Shown in pieces: positions 1-8,638 of a stretch of DNA of 64,000 bases. Below the pieces are notes generated by a model. The model was not told the DNA's origin, did no database searches, and saw only the letters and a list, made by a program, of their open reading frames with translations. This stretch comes from an uncultured Clostridia bacterium (GTDB lineage: Bacteria; Bacillota; Clostridia; Oscillospirales; Acutalibacteraceae): positions 80 to 64,079 of the forward strand of contig CAMKOU010000001.1 of assembly GCA_946414505.1 (NCBI GenBank), read 5' to 3'. Within the stretch, counting starts at the first letter, position 1. The number at the start of each line of letters is the position of its first letter. Both the position numbers and the translations under genes were made by a program.

Positions 1-334
1 CCTTGCTTTTGATGCAAAGCGGAAACGCGTCCACATCGCCGAACGCTTTAAACAGCGCACATTTGCCCTCCATTACAGGCATACCTGCCTCGGGACCGAT
101 GTCGCCCAAGCCCAAAACGGCGGTGCCGTCGGTGACGACCGCCACCAAATTGTTGCGGCGCGTCAGCTCGTAGCTTTTATCTATATCCTTTTGTACCTCC
201 AGGCAGGGCTCCGCCACGCCGGGGGTGTAGGCGAGCGCCAAGTCCTCGGAGGAGTGAATGGGCACGCGCGAAACTACTTCAATTTTGCCGTTCCAGTCAT
301 AATGCAGTTTTAACGATTCTTCTCTGATATCCAT
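1..334 (-). CDS. NAD(P)-dependent malic enzyme, N-terminal part (runs off the window edge)
   Basis: Manual translation [20 protein letters not shown]...[11 protein letters not shown]...[31 protein letters not shown]; SD AGAAAGGAG upstream. Confidence 0.93.
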   Translation of the reverse strand, partial: MDIREESLKLHYDWNGKIEVVSRVPIHSSEDLALAYTPGVAEPCLEVQKDIDKSYELTRRNNLVAVVTDGTAVLGLGDIGPEAGMPVMEGKCALFKAFGDVDAFPLCIKSK

Positions 335-361
335 GTGCAAGCTCCTTTCTTTCCAACGACT

Positions 362-390
362 ATTATAGAATAAAAATCGAAGGATGACAA
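362..390 (-). promoter_or_regulatory. sigma-A promoter of malic enzyme gene
   Basis: TTGTCA-17nt-TATAAT on minus strand. Confidence 0.65.
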
Positions 391-423
391 GGCTAATTTG
401 TCACTTGATTTTGCGCTTGTCTA

Positions 424-452
424 TTGCATTTTTTATCATAATGTACTATAAT
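424..452 (+). promoter_or_regulatory. sigma-A promoter of putative type I toxin mRNA
   Basis: TTGCAT-17nt-TATAAT. Confidence 0.65.
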
Positions 453-582
453 AAGCACGATTCCTGCCTATTCTGCCTTATGGCATGATGGGGGTTACAG
501 GGACGTTGAGGCGGTTAGCATCATCCGAATATCCACCCGAGAACAGCTGTGGCTGAATCTGCGTGGAAGGGAGTGATGCGTT

Positions 583-660
583 GTGGCGTACATTTTCGGT
601 ATTGTGATTTTCACATTTTTCATTGTGTTTATCATTTCCCGAAATGACACAAAAAAATAA
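583..660 (+). CDS. 25-aa hydrophobic peptide, putative type I toxin
   Basis: GTG start after SD AAGGGAGTG; MAYIFGIVIFTFFIVFIISRNDTKK = one TM helix plus basic C-terminus. Confidence 0.7.
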   Translation: MAYIFGIVIFTFFIVFIISRNDTKK

Positions 661-742
661 TCGCCCAACAGTTTAGCAGACTAAGGCGATTATTTTTTGT
701 CTTAAATTTTCTAAGCTAACCGCTTTAAACGGTTTCCCTGTA
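645..742 (-). ncRNA. putative antisense antitoxin RNA (ends approximate)
   Basis: Consensus minus-strand promoter at 748-776 with no plausible protein gene downstream; would end at the bidirectional hairpin 651-700 overlapping the toxin stop. Confidence 0.55.
651..700. terminator. bidirectional intrinsic terminator
   Basis: AAAAAATAATCGCC...GGCGATTATTTTTT inverted repeat. Confidence 0.7.
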
Positions 743-747
743 ACCTT

Positions 748-776
748 ATTATATCGGAATTTCCCGCAGATGTCAA
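748..776 (-). promoter_or_regulatory. consensus sigma-A promoter (antisense RNA)
   Basis: TTGACA-17nt-TATAAT on minus strand. Confidence 0.7.
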
Positions 777-800
777 TAGCATCGGCGGATTTTCACCATA

Positions 801-1152
801 GCGAGTGCGCCGAACAGCCGCAGGCAGCGTCCGAAAGGAGCTGCGCGAGGAAAGTCCGGGCTTCACAGAGCAAAAATAACGGCTAACGGCCGCCGGGGGC
901 GACCCCAGGGACAGTGCAACAGAAAATAACCTCCTGCGCAAGCCTGCGCAGGGAGGGGTGGAAAGGTGAGGTAAGAGCTCACCGGAGGGCGGGAGACCGC
1001 TCTGCCGTGTAAACCCTATTTGAAGCAACACCGTGGAGGAACATATGCGCTTGCTCGGCGCGTTCCGTGGAGGTGGCACCGAGCGGTTGGGGTAACCCGC
1101 CGCCAAGATAGATGGCTGTTCAAGACAGAACCCGGCTTACAGACGCAGTCGC
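801..1152 (+). ncRNA. rnpB: RNase P RNA (type A)
   Basis: GAGGAAAGTCCGGGC, CAGTGCAACAGAAA, TAAACCC, AGATAGATGGC and ACAGAACCCGGCTTA motifs; 5'/3' P1 pairing. Confidence 0.97.
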
Positions 1153-1153
1153 A

Positions 1154-1198
1154 ACAACGGAGAGAAGACGCTTTGTCCTCTCTCCGTTGTCTTTTTTT
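1154..1198 (+). terminator. rnpB terminator
   Basis: ACAACGGAGAGA...TCTCTCCGTTGT followed by a T run. Confidence 0.75.
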
Positions 1199-1733
1199 AA
1201 TGGTTCATGGAATCATAAATCTTGTCCATCAGGTTTTCCACCCACGGGATCATGCTGATCAGCGGCAGCTTGTTCTTTTTGCCGGTGGCGGCGTTCACGA
1301 TGCCGATGATCGCGAGCACGCAGAGAAAAACGGAGCCTAAGCTGAATAAAACGGAAAAGAGTACCGAAACGGCGCTCGGCTCACGGTAATAGAAGAGCAG
1401 TCCTTCCACGATCCTGCCCGGGAAGATCGCCCGGATGATCGCCTTCAGAACCTCGGTCACGACGGAATAGGCGATGGCCACGGCCAGCAGTGTAGCGCCC
1501 TGCTTGACATGGAATTTGCAGTAGGCCGAGGTCTTGCGCGCCAGCATGGGGATCAGCAGCAGCGGGCCGCAGTAGGCCAGCCACGCGATGCCTTTGTTTT
1601 GCTGCACATCCGCGTCGCCGTCGATAACTTGGGGTTGAACGGGAGCGGCGTTGGACGACGCAGCCGCACCGCAGGACGAGCAGAAAGTCGCTTCATCGTT
1701 CATTTGCGCACCGCAATTTGCACAATTCTTCAT
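1197..1733 (-). CDS. zinc-ribbon membrane protein (DUF4870-like)
   Basis: Start MKNCANCG after SD GAGGAGG; CxxC..CxxC ribbon, three TM segments, LPLI C-terminal motif. Confidence 0.8.
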   Translation of the reverse strand: MKNCANCGAQMNDEATFCSSCGAAASSNAAPVQPQVIDGDADVQQNKGIAWLAYCGPLLLIPMLARKTSAYCKFHVKQGATLLAVAIAYSVVTEVLKAIIRAIFPGRIVEGLLFYYREPSAVSVLFSVLFSLGSVFLCVLAIIGIVNAATGKKNKLPLISMIPWVENLMDKIYDSMNH

Positions 1734-1865
1734 TTTGTATACCTCCTCAATCGGTGTGTTCCTAAGGGAACACGTTTGGTAGTTATATTGTATCAAAAAC
1801 CGACAGGCTTGTAAAGCGATAGAATCAACAAGAAACTATCCATAGTGTTTTCGGTTTTTATGGTA

Positions 1866-3302
1866 TTACGTGCCGAAATGCAGCAGGTCGATCAGTAAAA
1901 TACGGCTCAGACCGTAGTAGGTAATGACCGCCACGAGGTCGTTGATGGTGGTGATCAGGGGACCGGACGCCACGGCGGGGTCGATTTTCATTTTTTTGAA
2001 CAGCAGCGGGATCAGCGTGCCCACCGCGCTGGAAATCAGCATGGCGAGCAGCAGCGAAATGCCGATGCAGCCCGATACCGCAAACGCAAAGCCGGGATCG
2101 CGGTGCTTGGCAAAGGTGATATACAGCCCGACAAACAGCACCGACAGCAAGCCCAGCAGCAAGCCGTTGCAAAAGCCGACGCGCGTTTCTTTGACGACGA
2201 GCTTGCCTTTTTGACGGAAGGTGAGATTTTCGTCCATCAACACGCGGATCGTCACCGCCAGCGACTGGGTGCCGACGTTACCTGCCATATCGAGGATCAG
2301 CGACTGAAACGCCATGATCAGCGTCAGGCTTTGCACCACGCTTTCAAAGGCGCCCACCACGGTGGACACCACCATGCCCAAGCCGAGCAAGGCAAGCAGC
2401 CACGGGATACGTTTTTTTACGCTTTGCAGCAGCGGCTCCTTTAGATCTTCCTCGGCGGTCAAGCCTGCCAGCTTGGCGTAATCCTCGCCCATTTCGTCAT
2501 CGACCACTTCGATGACGCTTTGTGCGGTGATAATGCCCAAAAATTTATTGCTGTTGTCGAGCACGGGGATCGACGCCTCGCTGTAATCCTTCAGCTTTTC
2601 AATACAGTCGTCAATGGTTTCGCGGGCGTACACATAGGGGAAGGAGGTGACGATCAGCTCCTCCAGCGGCGTCGCTTTGTCGGCGGTGATCAAATCGCGC
2701 AGCTCGATGGCGCCGTAAAACTCGTCGTCCACGTCCACCACGAACAGGGTGGAAATATTGTCGTTTTCGCGTGCCTGCAACACCAGCGCCTCCATCGCCT
2801 GCGGGACAGTGAGGTTTTCGCGCAGCACAATACAGTCGGTGGTCATTTTGCTGCCGATCTCGTCCTCGTCAAAGGAAAACAGCAGGCGGATATCCTTGCG
2901 CGCCTCGGGTGACAGGGCGTCGAGCATCAGCTCGCGTTTGTCCTTGGGCTGGTTGTGCAGGATATCGGCGGCGGTGTCGGCGTCGAGCTCCTCCAGCACG
3001 GCGGCCGCCTTTTTAATGTCCATTTCGTTAAAGTATGCCGCCGCTTCTTCGTCCTCCAAATGCTCAAACGCTTCGCCGAGCATGGCGGCGGTGCAAATGC
3101 GGTACAGCTTTTTGCGCTCGGACAGCGACAGCGAGGACATCGCCTGCGCCACATCGTTGCCGTGGTAATCCTCCAGCTTGCTTTGCGCCGCCTTGGGCGA
3201 GGCAGTGCTGCGGACGATCGCGATAATTTCATTTTCATAATCGGGGCGTGCGGCAACGGCTTCCTCTACCGTGACCGCCGCTTCGGTGTGTTCCTTTATC
3301 AT
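1866..3302 (-). CDS. mgtE: magnesium transporter MgtE
   Basis: N domain, CBS pair, five TM segments; MAGNVGTQ and DPAVASGPLITTINDL motifs. Confidence 0.95.
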   Translation of the reverse strand: MIKEHTEAAVTVEEAVAARPDYENEIIAIVRSTASPKAAQSKLEDYHGNDVAQAMSSLSLSERKKLYRICTAAMLGEAFEHLEDEEAAAYFNEMDIKKAAAVLEELDADTAADILHNQPKDKRELMLDALSPEARKDIRLLFSFDEDEIGSKMTTDCIVLRENLTVPQAMEALVLQARENDNISTLFVVDVDDEFYGAIELRDLITADKATPLEELIVTSFPYVYARETIDDCIEKLKDYSEASIPVLDNSNKFLGIITAQSVIEVVDDEMGEDYAKLAGLTAEEDLKEPLLQSVKKRIPWLLALLGLGMVVSTVVGAFESVVQSLTLIMAFQSLILDMAGNVGTQSLAVTIRVLMDENLTFRQKGKLVVKETRVGFCNGLLLGLLSVLFVGLYITFAKHRDPGFAFAVSGCIGISLLLAMLISSAVGTLIPLLFKKMKIDPAVASGPLITTINDLVAVITYYGLSRILLIDLLHFGT

Positions 3303-3353
3303 CGTTTCAACCTCCTATGTTCATGTTACAGATAGAAAGGTTCCGATAGACGC

Positions 3354-3389
3354 AAAAAGCCCCTGCATGATACGCGGTCACACAGGGGC
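3354..3389 (-). terminator. attenuator-like terminator in mgtE leader
   Basis: GCCCCTGTGTGA...TCATGCAGGGGC-TTTTT between the leader ORF and mgtE. Confidence 0.6.
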
Positions 3390-3404
3390 AAACAGCCTGA
3401 AACA

Positions 3405-3506
3405 TCAGCGCGTGAGCCTGCAATCAACGGCGCCGCCGTGCCTGCAAACGCATTTGCTGTTTGACTGTCTGCACCCGCCGGGCCCGTAACTATCGCCGTT
3501 TGTCAC
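3405..3506 (-). CDS. putative mgtE leader peptide (33 aa)
   Basis: SD GAGGTGA, GTG start, MTNGDSYGPGGCRQSNSKCVCRHGGAVDCRLTR*; lies just downstream of the promoter. Confidence 0.5.
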   Translation of the reverse strand: MTNGDSYGPGGCRQSNSKCVCRHGGAVDCRLTR

Positions 3507-3538
3507 GTTGCTCACCTCGCTTGTTTTGGGATATATTT

Positions 3539-3567
3539 AGTATAACACTGTTTTCGGCAGGTGTCAA
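3539..3567 (-). promoter_or_regulatory. sigma-A promoter of mgtE leader
   Basis: TTGACA-17nt (with TG)-TATACT. Confidence 0.7.
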
Positions 3568-3572
3568 TTATG

Positions 3573-4352
3573 TTATTTAAATAACAACGTCGGCAGCGCC
3601 AGCCACTCGCGCACCGTGTAGGTGGGCACGAATATCCATTCGGTGTCGGCAGCCACCGCGCCGGTTTTGCCGGGAACGTCCTGCTTTTTGGCGATCAGCT
3701 GTGCGCGCAGCTGGTGAAAGCCGTCGGTGATGATCGCGATGTCGGGGTTCAGCCCGTTGCTGTCGATGATGTCCTGCGAAAACAGAAAGTTTTGTTTGGT
3801 GTCGATCGCCTTGTCCTCTTTATAGAGCCGTTCGGGAGCGATGCCGCGGGCGGTCAGCACGTTATACATGCAGTCCGCTTCGCTGATGACTTCGTCCGTG
3901 CCTTTGCCGCCGGTCAGCACCGCCTTGGCGCCGGGGTTGTCCGTCAGGTATTGCGCCGCCGCTTCGATGCGGCGGTTGAGGATGCGCGAAGGCCTGCCGT
4001 TTCCCACGACCTGTGCGCCGAGCACCACTGCCGTGGCGTTTTCGGGAGGCGCCTGCAGCTGTGCAAAGGTCATTGCCGCCGTGCATACGGCGCCGTAAAT
4101 GAGAAACACAATGAAGACCGCATTGATAAAGCGGTAGCAAAAACGGGTGAAGCCATGTTTGCAGCATACGCGCTTGAGGGCATGATGCAGCGGCGCCATG
4201 CACATCAGCAGCACCCATGCGCACAAGACGATGCCCACCATGTTGCCGATGTTGACGACGCCCATGGTCATCATCGGCGCGATAAACCACAGCATCAGGA
4301 TAACGGCGGCAGCGCCGCACAAAAGACGCAGGATCGTTTTTAAAACTGACAT
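3573..4352 (-). CDS. YdcF/ElyC family (DUF218) membrane protein
   Basis: VVLGA, LTGGKG, SEA, EDKA-T-QN, TDGFHQLRA, YTVRE motifs. Confidence 0.9.
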   Translation of the reverse strand: MSVLKTILRLLCGAAAVILMLWFIAPMMTMGVVNIGNMVGIVLCAWVLLMCMAPLHHALKRVCCKHGFTRFCYRFINAVFIVFLIYGAVCTAAMTFAQLQAPPENATAVVLGAQVVGNGRPSRILNRRIEAAAQYLTDNPGAKAVLTGGKGTDEVISEADCMYNVLTARGIAPERLYKEDKAIDTKQNFLFSQDIIDSNGLNPDIAIITDGFHQLRAQLIAKKQDVPGKTGAVAADTEWIFVPTYTVREWLALPTLLFK

Positions 4353-4367
4353 GTTCGTTTCCTTTCG

Positions 4368-4806
4368 TTACGGGGCAAAAAGCTGCTCCAGATCGATGTA
4401 TTCTACCAGGGCAGCGCCGAAAATATCGCGCTCGCCCGGCACCCGTTCGCCGCGGCTGACGCGGGTCTCGTCGGGATACAGGTATTCCCAGTTGTAGTTG
4501 CCCTCGATGGTATGCACCCTGACGACCCTGTCGGTTGCGTCGGTTTCCACCGATTCGATATAGCCGATGTGCTCGCGGTCGCTGTCGCCGGGACGGTCAA
4601 GGGTGGAGGTGGTAAACAAATCACCGGGCTGCGGCGTGTAGTCGTTATCGAAAACACTGTGCAGCGCGCCGCGCGTCCGCGCCTGGTTAGCGAGGTCGCT
4701 CACCTGTTTCCCCGCTGCCGGTAACCGCTTCCGCCGCCGCTGCCGGCACCGCGGAGGCGGCGACGACCGCGGAAAGCAGCAGTGCTGCAGGCAGGATTTT
4801 TATCAT
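4368..4806 (-). pseudogene. degenerate secreted CHAP/amidase-like gene
   Basis: Signal peptide MIKILPAALLLSAVV in one frame; YTPQPGDL..HIGYIESV..TIEGN (CHAP C-terminal half) in another; Cys-bearing half not seen. Confidence 0.55.
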
Positions 4807-4934
4807 AAACTTCTTACCTCCAAGTGACTTTGTTACAGTATAGCACAAAAAATGACAAAAAGCAAATGACAGAAAAAAAACACCGGGTTGTCGGCAGTGA
4901 CAGCCCGGTGGGGATACCGATGGGCAGTGGTTTA

Positions 4935-4983
4935 GGCAATACCGGATCATTCAGGTGTGCGCCTTGCATTGTGCGGTGTTGCC
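4935..4983 (-). mobile_element. internally deleted copy of the 161-bp MITE-like element at 54749-54909
   Basis: Same GGCAACACCGCA...CGGTATTGCC ends, TAAA on both flanks (minus strand). Confidence 0.65.
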
Positions 4984-4984
4984 T

Positions 4985-5455
4985 TTATTCCAAGCCGGCC
5001 TCTTTGCGGTAAATTTCTTTGATTTGCGCCGCTTTGTCGGACACGATCATCGACACATACAAGCCGTCCTGATCGACAGTGCAGTTTTCGATGATCGCTG
5101 CCTGTTCGGGGTTGTAGTTTTTGTTTTGCTGCAGCTTGGACTGATAGCGGTTGTCCAGCTTTTCTTTGATCTCGGCAGAGGCGCGTTCGTCCACCGCCTT
5201 TACCAGCACGATCTCCTCCTGGCTGACGCCCGAGGCATTGATGCAGCCGGCAAATTCCGCCGCCATTTCGTCGGTGATGCCGTAGTAGCGTCCCATCAGG
5301 CGGCTGCTGGACAGCTCGGTGATGTTCTCAAAGCTGACCTGTGCCTTGATGTCGTTAAAAATATCTGCCAGCGGCTTTGCCTCCGCTTGTGAATTGCCGC
5401 AGGCGCCCAACAGCAGCGCAACGGCGGCCAATAACAATACCAAAACTTTTTTCAT
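4985..5455 (-). CDS. DUF4358 family lipoprotein
   Basis: Lipobox LGAC; EEIVLVKA..NYNPEQAAIIE. Confidence 0.8.
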   Translation of the reverse strand: MKKVLVLLLAAVALLLGACGNSQAEAKPLADIFNDIKAQVSFENITELSSSRLMGRYYGITDEMAAEFAGCINASGVSQEEIVLVKAVDERASAEIKEKLDNRYQSKLQQNKNYNPEQAAIIENCTVDQDGLYVSMIVSDKAAQIKEIYRKEAGLE

Positions 5456-5466
5456 GTTGTTTCTCC

Positions 5467-6312
5467 TTATGCGCCTGCCACGGCAGAGCGTAAATAGTTG
5501 ACCCATGCCAGCGTGCCCTGATAGTTGAAGTGGATGCCGTCGTCGTTGGGGTCGTCGCACCACTCGGCGCGCAGCGCACCGGTGTCGTCGCACATCTGGT
5601 GGTACAGGTCAAGATAGTGATAGCCGTTTTCGCTGCAAAACGCCTGCATCTTTTCGTCAAATTCCCGAATCAGCGCGTTGCTGATGTGGTCGTTTTCCTT
5701 TTCGGGGATCATCGGTGTGGTGGACTGCATGTAGATTTGCACGTTGGGCGAACGGCTCAGCACCTTTTGAATAAACGTTTTCATGGATTCCACACTGTCC
5801 TCCACGCCGTAGGAGGAGTCGATGTCATTGACGCCCAGCAGGATGAACAGCTTGTTGGCGCCGGTGACTTCGGCAGCGGTTTCCGCCAAAACCTTTTCGC
5901 CGCGGTAGGTGGGGTGGACGGCGTCGGGGTCGTTGATGTCCCACTGCGCGTTGTGAAAGCTGAGGCTGTCGGCGCACACAAACATCGCGTCGCCCAGCAG
6001 CCCGGGGTCGTCGGCGCAAAAGTAGTCGAGCGTGGTGGTGATGCTGTCGCCGACAAACACGGCGTCGTTAAACCATGTGGGCTCTACCATGCCGTCCTGT
6101 TGCGCAGGCGCGGCGGTGACCGCTTGTGTGTTGCCCTGCGGAGTGCCCTGTGGTGTGCCCTGCGCGGGGGAACCCTGCGAAGCCTGTTGGGGCGCCGTCT
6201 GCGCTTCGGCATCTGCAGAGGAAACGGGGACGCGCACTTTTCCGCAGCCGCACAGCAGCGCGGCGGAAACGGCTGTTGTCAGGCATAAAGCCAATGCAAT
6301 CAGTTTTTTCAT
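5467..6312 (-). CDS. SGNH/GDSL hydrolase lipoprotein
   Basis: Lipobox LCGC; VFVGDSI, LGVND, DGIH motifs. Confidence 0.88.
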   Translation of the reverse strand: MKKLIALALCLTTAVSAALLCGCGKVRVPVSSADAEAQTAPQQASQGSPAQGTPQGTPQGNTQAVTAAPAQQDGMVEPTWFNDAVFVGDSITTTLDYFCADDPGLLGDAMFVCADSLSFHNAQWDINDPDAVHPTYRGEKVLAETAAEVTGANKLFILLGVNDIDSSYGVEDSVESMKTFIQKVLSRSPNVQIYMQSTTPMIPEKENDHISNALIREFDEKMQAFCSENGYHYLDLYHQMCDDTGALRAEWCDDPNDDGIHFNYQGTLAWVNYLRSAVAGA

Positions 6313-6426
6313 AGTACACTTCTTTTCTACAATAGTTAACGTTATATTAGCATATCTGTTGCGGAAAAGCAATGTATTATCTTGTTTTATACACGGCGTA
6401 TTCTGTCTGTTATCGTCCGAAAAATG

Positions 6427-7317
6427 TTAAATTTTGTCATATCGCAGAACACTGTCGTTTTTCTGTTCCGCGATGACGTTGATGTAGGGATAGGGGATTT
6501 CCATGTTGTTTTCACGCAGGGCGCGGTTGACACGGCGGTTGATATCGGAAATCAGCACCTCCGACGCGGTTTCCGCCCCGTAATATACCGTTGTTGTCAG
6601 GCGCAGCCGGCTATCCTCATACGCCATAAAATAAATATCGGCATACGCCGCGCCGTCGGCGGTCTCCTTGCCGGGAATGCTGTAGGGCGAGGAAATGACA
6701 GCGGTGCGGATGACGTCCATGGCTTTTTCCACATCGCAATGGTAGGCGACATAAAAATTGAAATTGGCGCTGCGGGTCTGTACGTGGTAGCTGTAGTTTT
6801 TGATTCTCATGAGGTTGAGCTTGCTGTTGGGAATAACGCTGTATTGCGTGTCGATGCCCAGCAGTACGATGTGGCGCATCGTCATGTCCCTGACGATGCC
6901 CACCGTGCCGTCCTCCAGCTCGATGCGGTTGCCGATCTCAAACGGCTTGTGCAGGCTGATCATCAGCCCTGCCAAAATATCCTTGATGACGTCCTGCGCG
7001 GCAAAGGCGAGCACGGCGCTGATGATGGCGGTGCCGCCGAGCAGCGATTTCCATATGGAATCTACGCCGCCGAACAGCGCAAACACAAAAATGACGCCGC
7101 CGACGAGGATGACGGCGCCGCTGACCCGCCGGAAAAACAGCAGGTGCAGTCCCTCATAGTGGCTTTGCAGCCGCCTGAACACAAAGCGGTTCAGACGCAG
7201 CAAGCCCCAGATCACCAAAGCGGCGGCGACGAGGATGCCGGCAGTTATGCCGATCGTCAGCCAAATGTTATCGGATTGGAATATGTGATGCATGGTATTC
7301 TGTACCCCTTCAATCAA
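6427..7317 (-). CDS. mscS: small-conductance mechanosensitive channel (MscS family)
   Basis: AFAAQDVIKDILAG..KPFEIGNRI..IPNSKL. Confidence 0.9.
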   Translation of the reverse strand: MIEGVQNTMHHIFQSDNIWLTIGITAGILVAAALVIWGLLRLNRFVFRRLQSHYEGLHLLFFRRVSGAVILVGGVIFVFALFGGVDSIWKSLLGGTAIISAVLAFAAQDVIKDILAGLMISLHKPFEIGNRIELEDGTVGIVRDMTMRHIVLLGIDTQYSVIPNSKLNLMRIKNYSYHVQTRSANFNFYVAYHCDVEKAMDVIRTAVISSPYSIPGKETADGAAYADIYFMAYEDSRLRLTTTVYYGAETASEVLISDINRRVNRALRENNMEIPYPYINVIAEQKNDSVLRYDKI

Positions 7318-7358
7318 AAGCAGACCGCAGCAAAGTGCGGTCTGCCGTTATGGTTGTG

Positions 7359-8357
7359 TTATTCTGCGTCATCCTCGACAACGTTGTCCTCCGCAACGTC
7401 GTCCGCAGCCACTTCGTCTTCTGCAACAGAGGACTCTGCGGCGCCAAAGCTGACAAAGACGAATTTGTAGCCGTCAATCAGCTGTGTGTCGGTGAAGTCC
7501 GCCGATTTCGCTTGGTCAAAGGTCACCTGATAGGCGTCGGCGGAAAGCTCCTTCAGCTCGGTGAATTCCTTGAGGAAGTCCTCGTAGCCGGCAGGCTGGT
7601 AGTGCTGCACAAAGCTGACGATGGACTTATAGGTCAAGTCGGTGTTTCCCTCAAATTCGCCGATGGCAAGCGAAAGCGTACCGCCCTGCTCGAAACGGAC
7701 AGCGTTGACGCTCAGCTTACCGAGGTTTTCGGTGAAGTTGCTGCTTCCGTCATTGTCGTGCTGCGCCAGTGCCGCGTCGGTGAAATACATTTCGTTGAGG
7801 TGGCTCATGGCAGGCTTTTCGTCCACATAGTACTTCACGGTGCCGGTGCCATCCTCGTTTTCCTCAACGACAAGGAATTTGTCCTCGAGTCCCATGGCGC
7901 GCAGTCCCTGGGTGTAGCCGAGCAGCACGGTGTGGTTGATTTGATAGTAGTCGGCGATCGCGTTCAGCAAAAAGGTGGACAGCATTCCCTGCATCATATT
8001 GTTCGGGTCAACGCTGCACACCAGGTAGCCGTCCTGATGCGGGAAGGTGTAGGTGCCGTCGTATTCATCGGTGCCGCTGATGGTTACAACAATGCTGTTG
8101 TTTTCTGTTTTTTCGGTAAACACGGCGTCCGGATACGCGGTTTTTTGCTGCTGATAGTTGTCAACCTTTTTCAGCGCTTCCGTAATGCCCTGCAAGATTT
8201 CGGCAGGGGTTGCCTCCGATTTGGTCGCCTCGGAAACGGTTGCCGCAGTCGGCGCGGGAGCGCTGCTGCTGCTCTCTTTTTTTGCGCCGCACGCTGCCAT
8301 CGCAAACAGCATGGCAAGCGCCGACACAATGGCGAGTGCTTTTACAATTGTTTTCAT
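7359..8357 (-). CDS. acidic lipoprotein of unknown function
   Basis: Lipobox MAAC, low-complexity linker, SD GGGAGGA. Confidence 0.8.
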   Translation of the reverse strand: MKTIVKALAIVSALAMLFAMAACGAKKESSSSAPAPTAATVSEATKSEATPAEILQGITEALKKVDNYQQQKTAYPDAVFTEKTENNSIVVTISGTDEYDGTYTFPHQDGYLVCSVDPNNMMQGMLSTFLLNAIADYYQINHTVLLGYTQGLRAMGLEDKFLVVEENEDGTGTVKYYVDEKPAMSHLNEMYFTDAALAQHDNDGSSNFTENLGKLSVNAVRFEQGGTLSLAIGEFEGNTDLTYKSIVSFVQHYQPAGYEDFLKEFTELKELSADAYQVTFDQAKSADFTDTQLIDGYKFVFVSFGAAESSVAEDEVAADDVAEDNVVEDDAE

Positions 8358-8574
8358 ATTATCCTCCCAAGATAAGTAGTAAAGCATGAATATGCTTCGG
8401 CATTATTATAGCATATCCGTGCGGGAATGTCTAATAAAATAACAAGATTTTAAAAAATCGGCTGTTTTCACAACCGACAAAAAGCACAAAGGGGATTTTT
8501 GTCATTGTGCCCATAAGTGTGTGACGGCAGCGTGAAACGATTTGCCGCCAATGCAAAAAAACAGCGCCTCCGCA

Positions 8575-8603
8575 TTGCAAATCCCCGAAAATTGTGGTAT
8601 GCT
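8575..8603 (+). promoter_or_regulatory. sigma-A promoter of Zn-ribbon/TPM/rSAM operon
   Basis: TTGCAA-17nt (TG)-TATGCT. Confidence 0.55.
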
Positions 8604-8638
8604 TACGGTGTTATTTCATTTGAAAGGAGATGCGGCAG

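Noticed and set aside
711-1340. ORFs 711-1106 (-) and 1020-1340 (+)
   Set aside because: They overlap the RNase P RNA gene and its terminator; spurious
4985-6312. SGNH + DUF4358 pair as a novel system
   Set aside because: Recognisable part of MBOAT-type O-acylation clusters; the MBOAT gene is probably elsewhere in the genome
6382-8375. Long + strand ORFs opposite mscS and the lipoprotein (similar ones at 13706-15115, 30936-32729, 51702-53222)
   Set aside because: Antisense shadow frames of GC-rich real genes, with no motifs or SD
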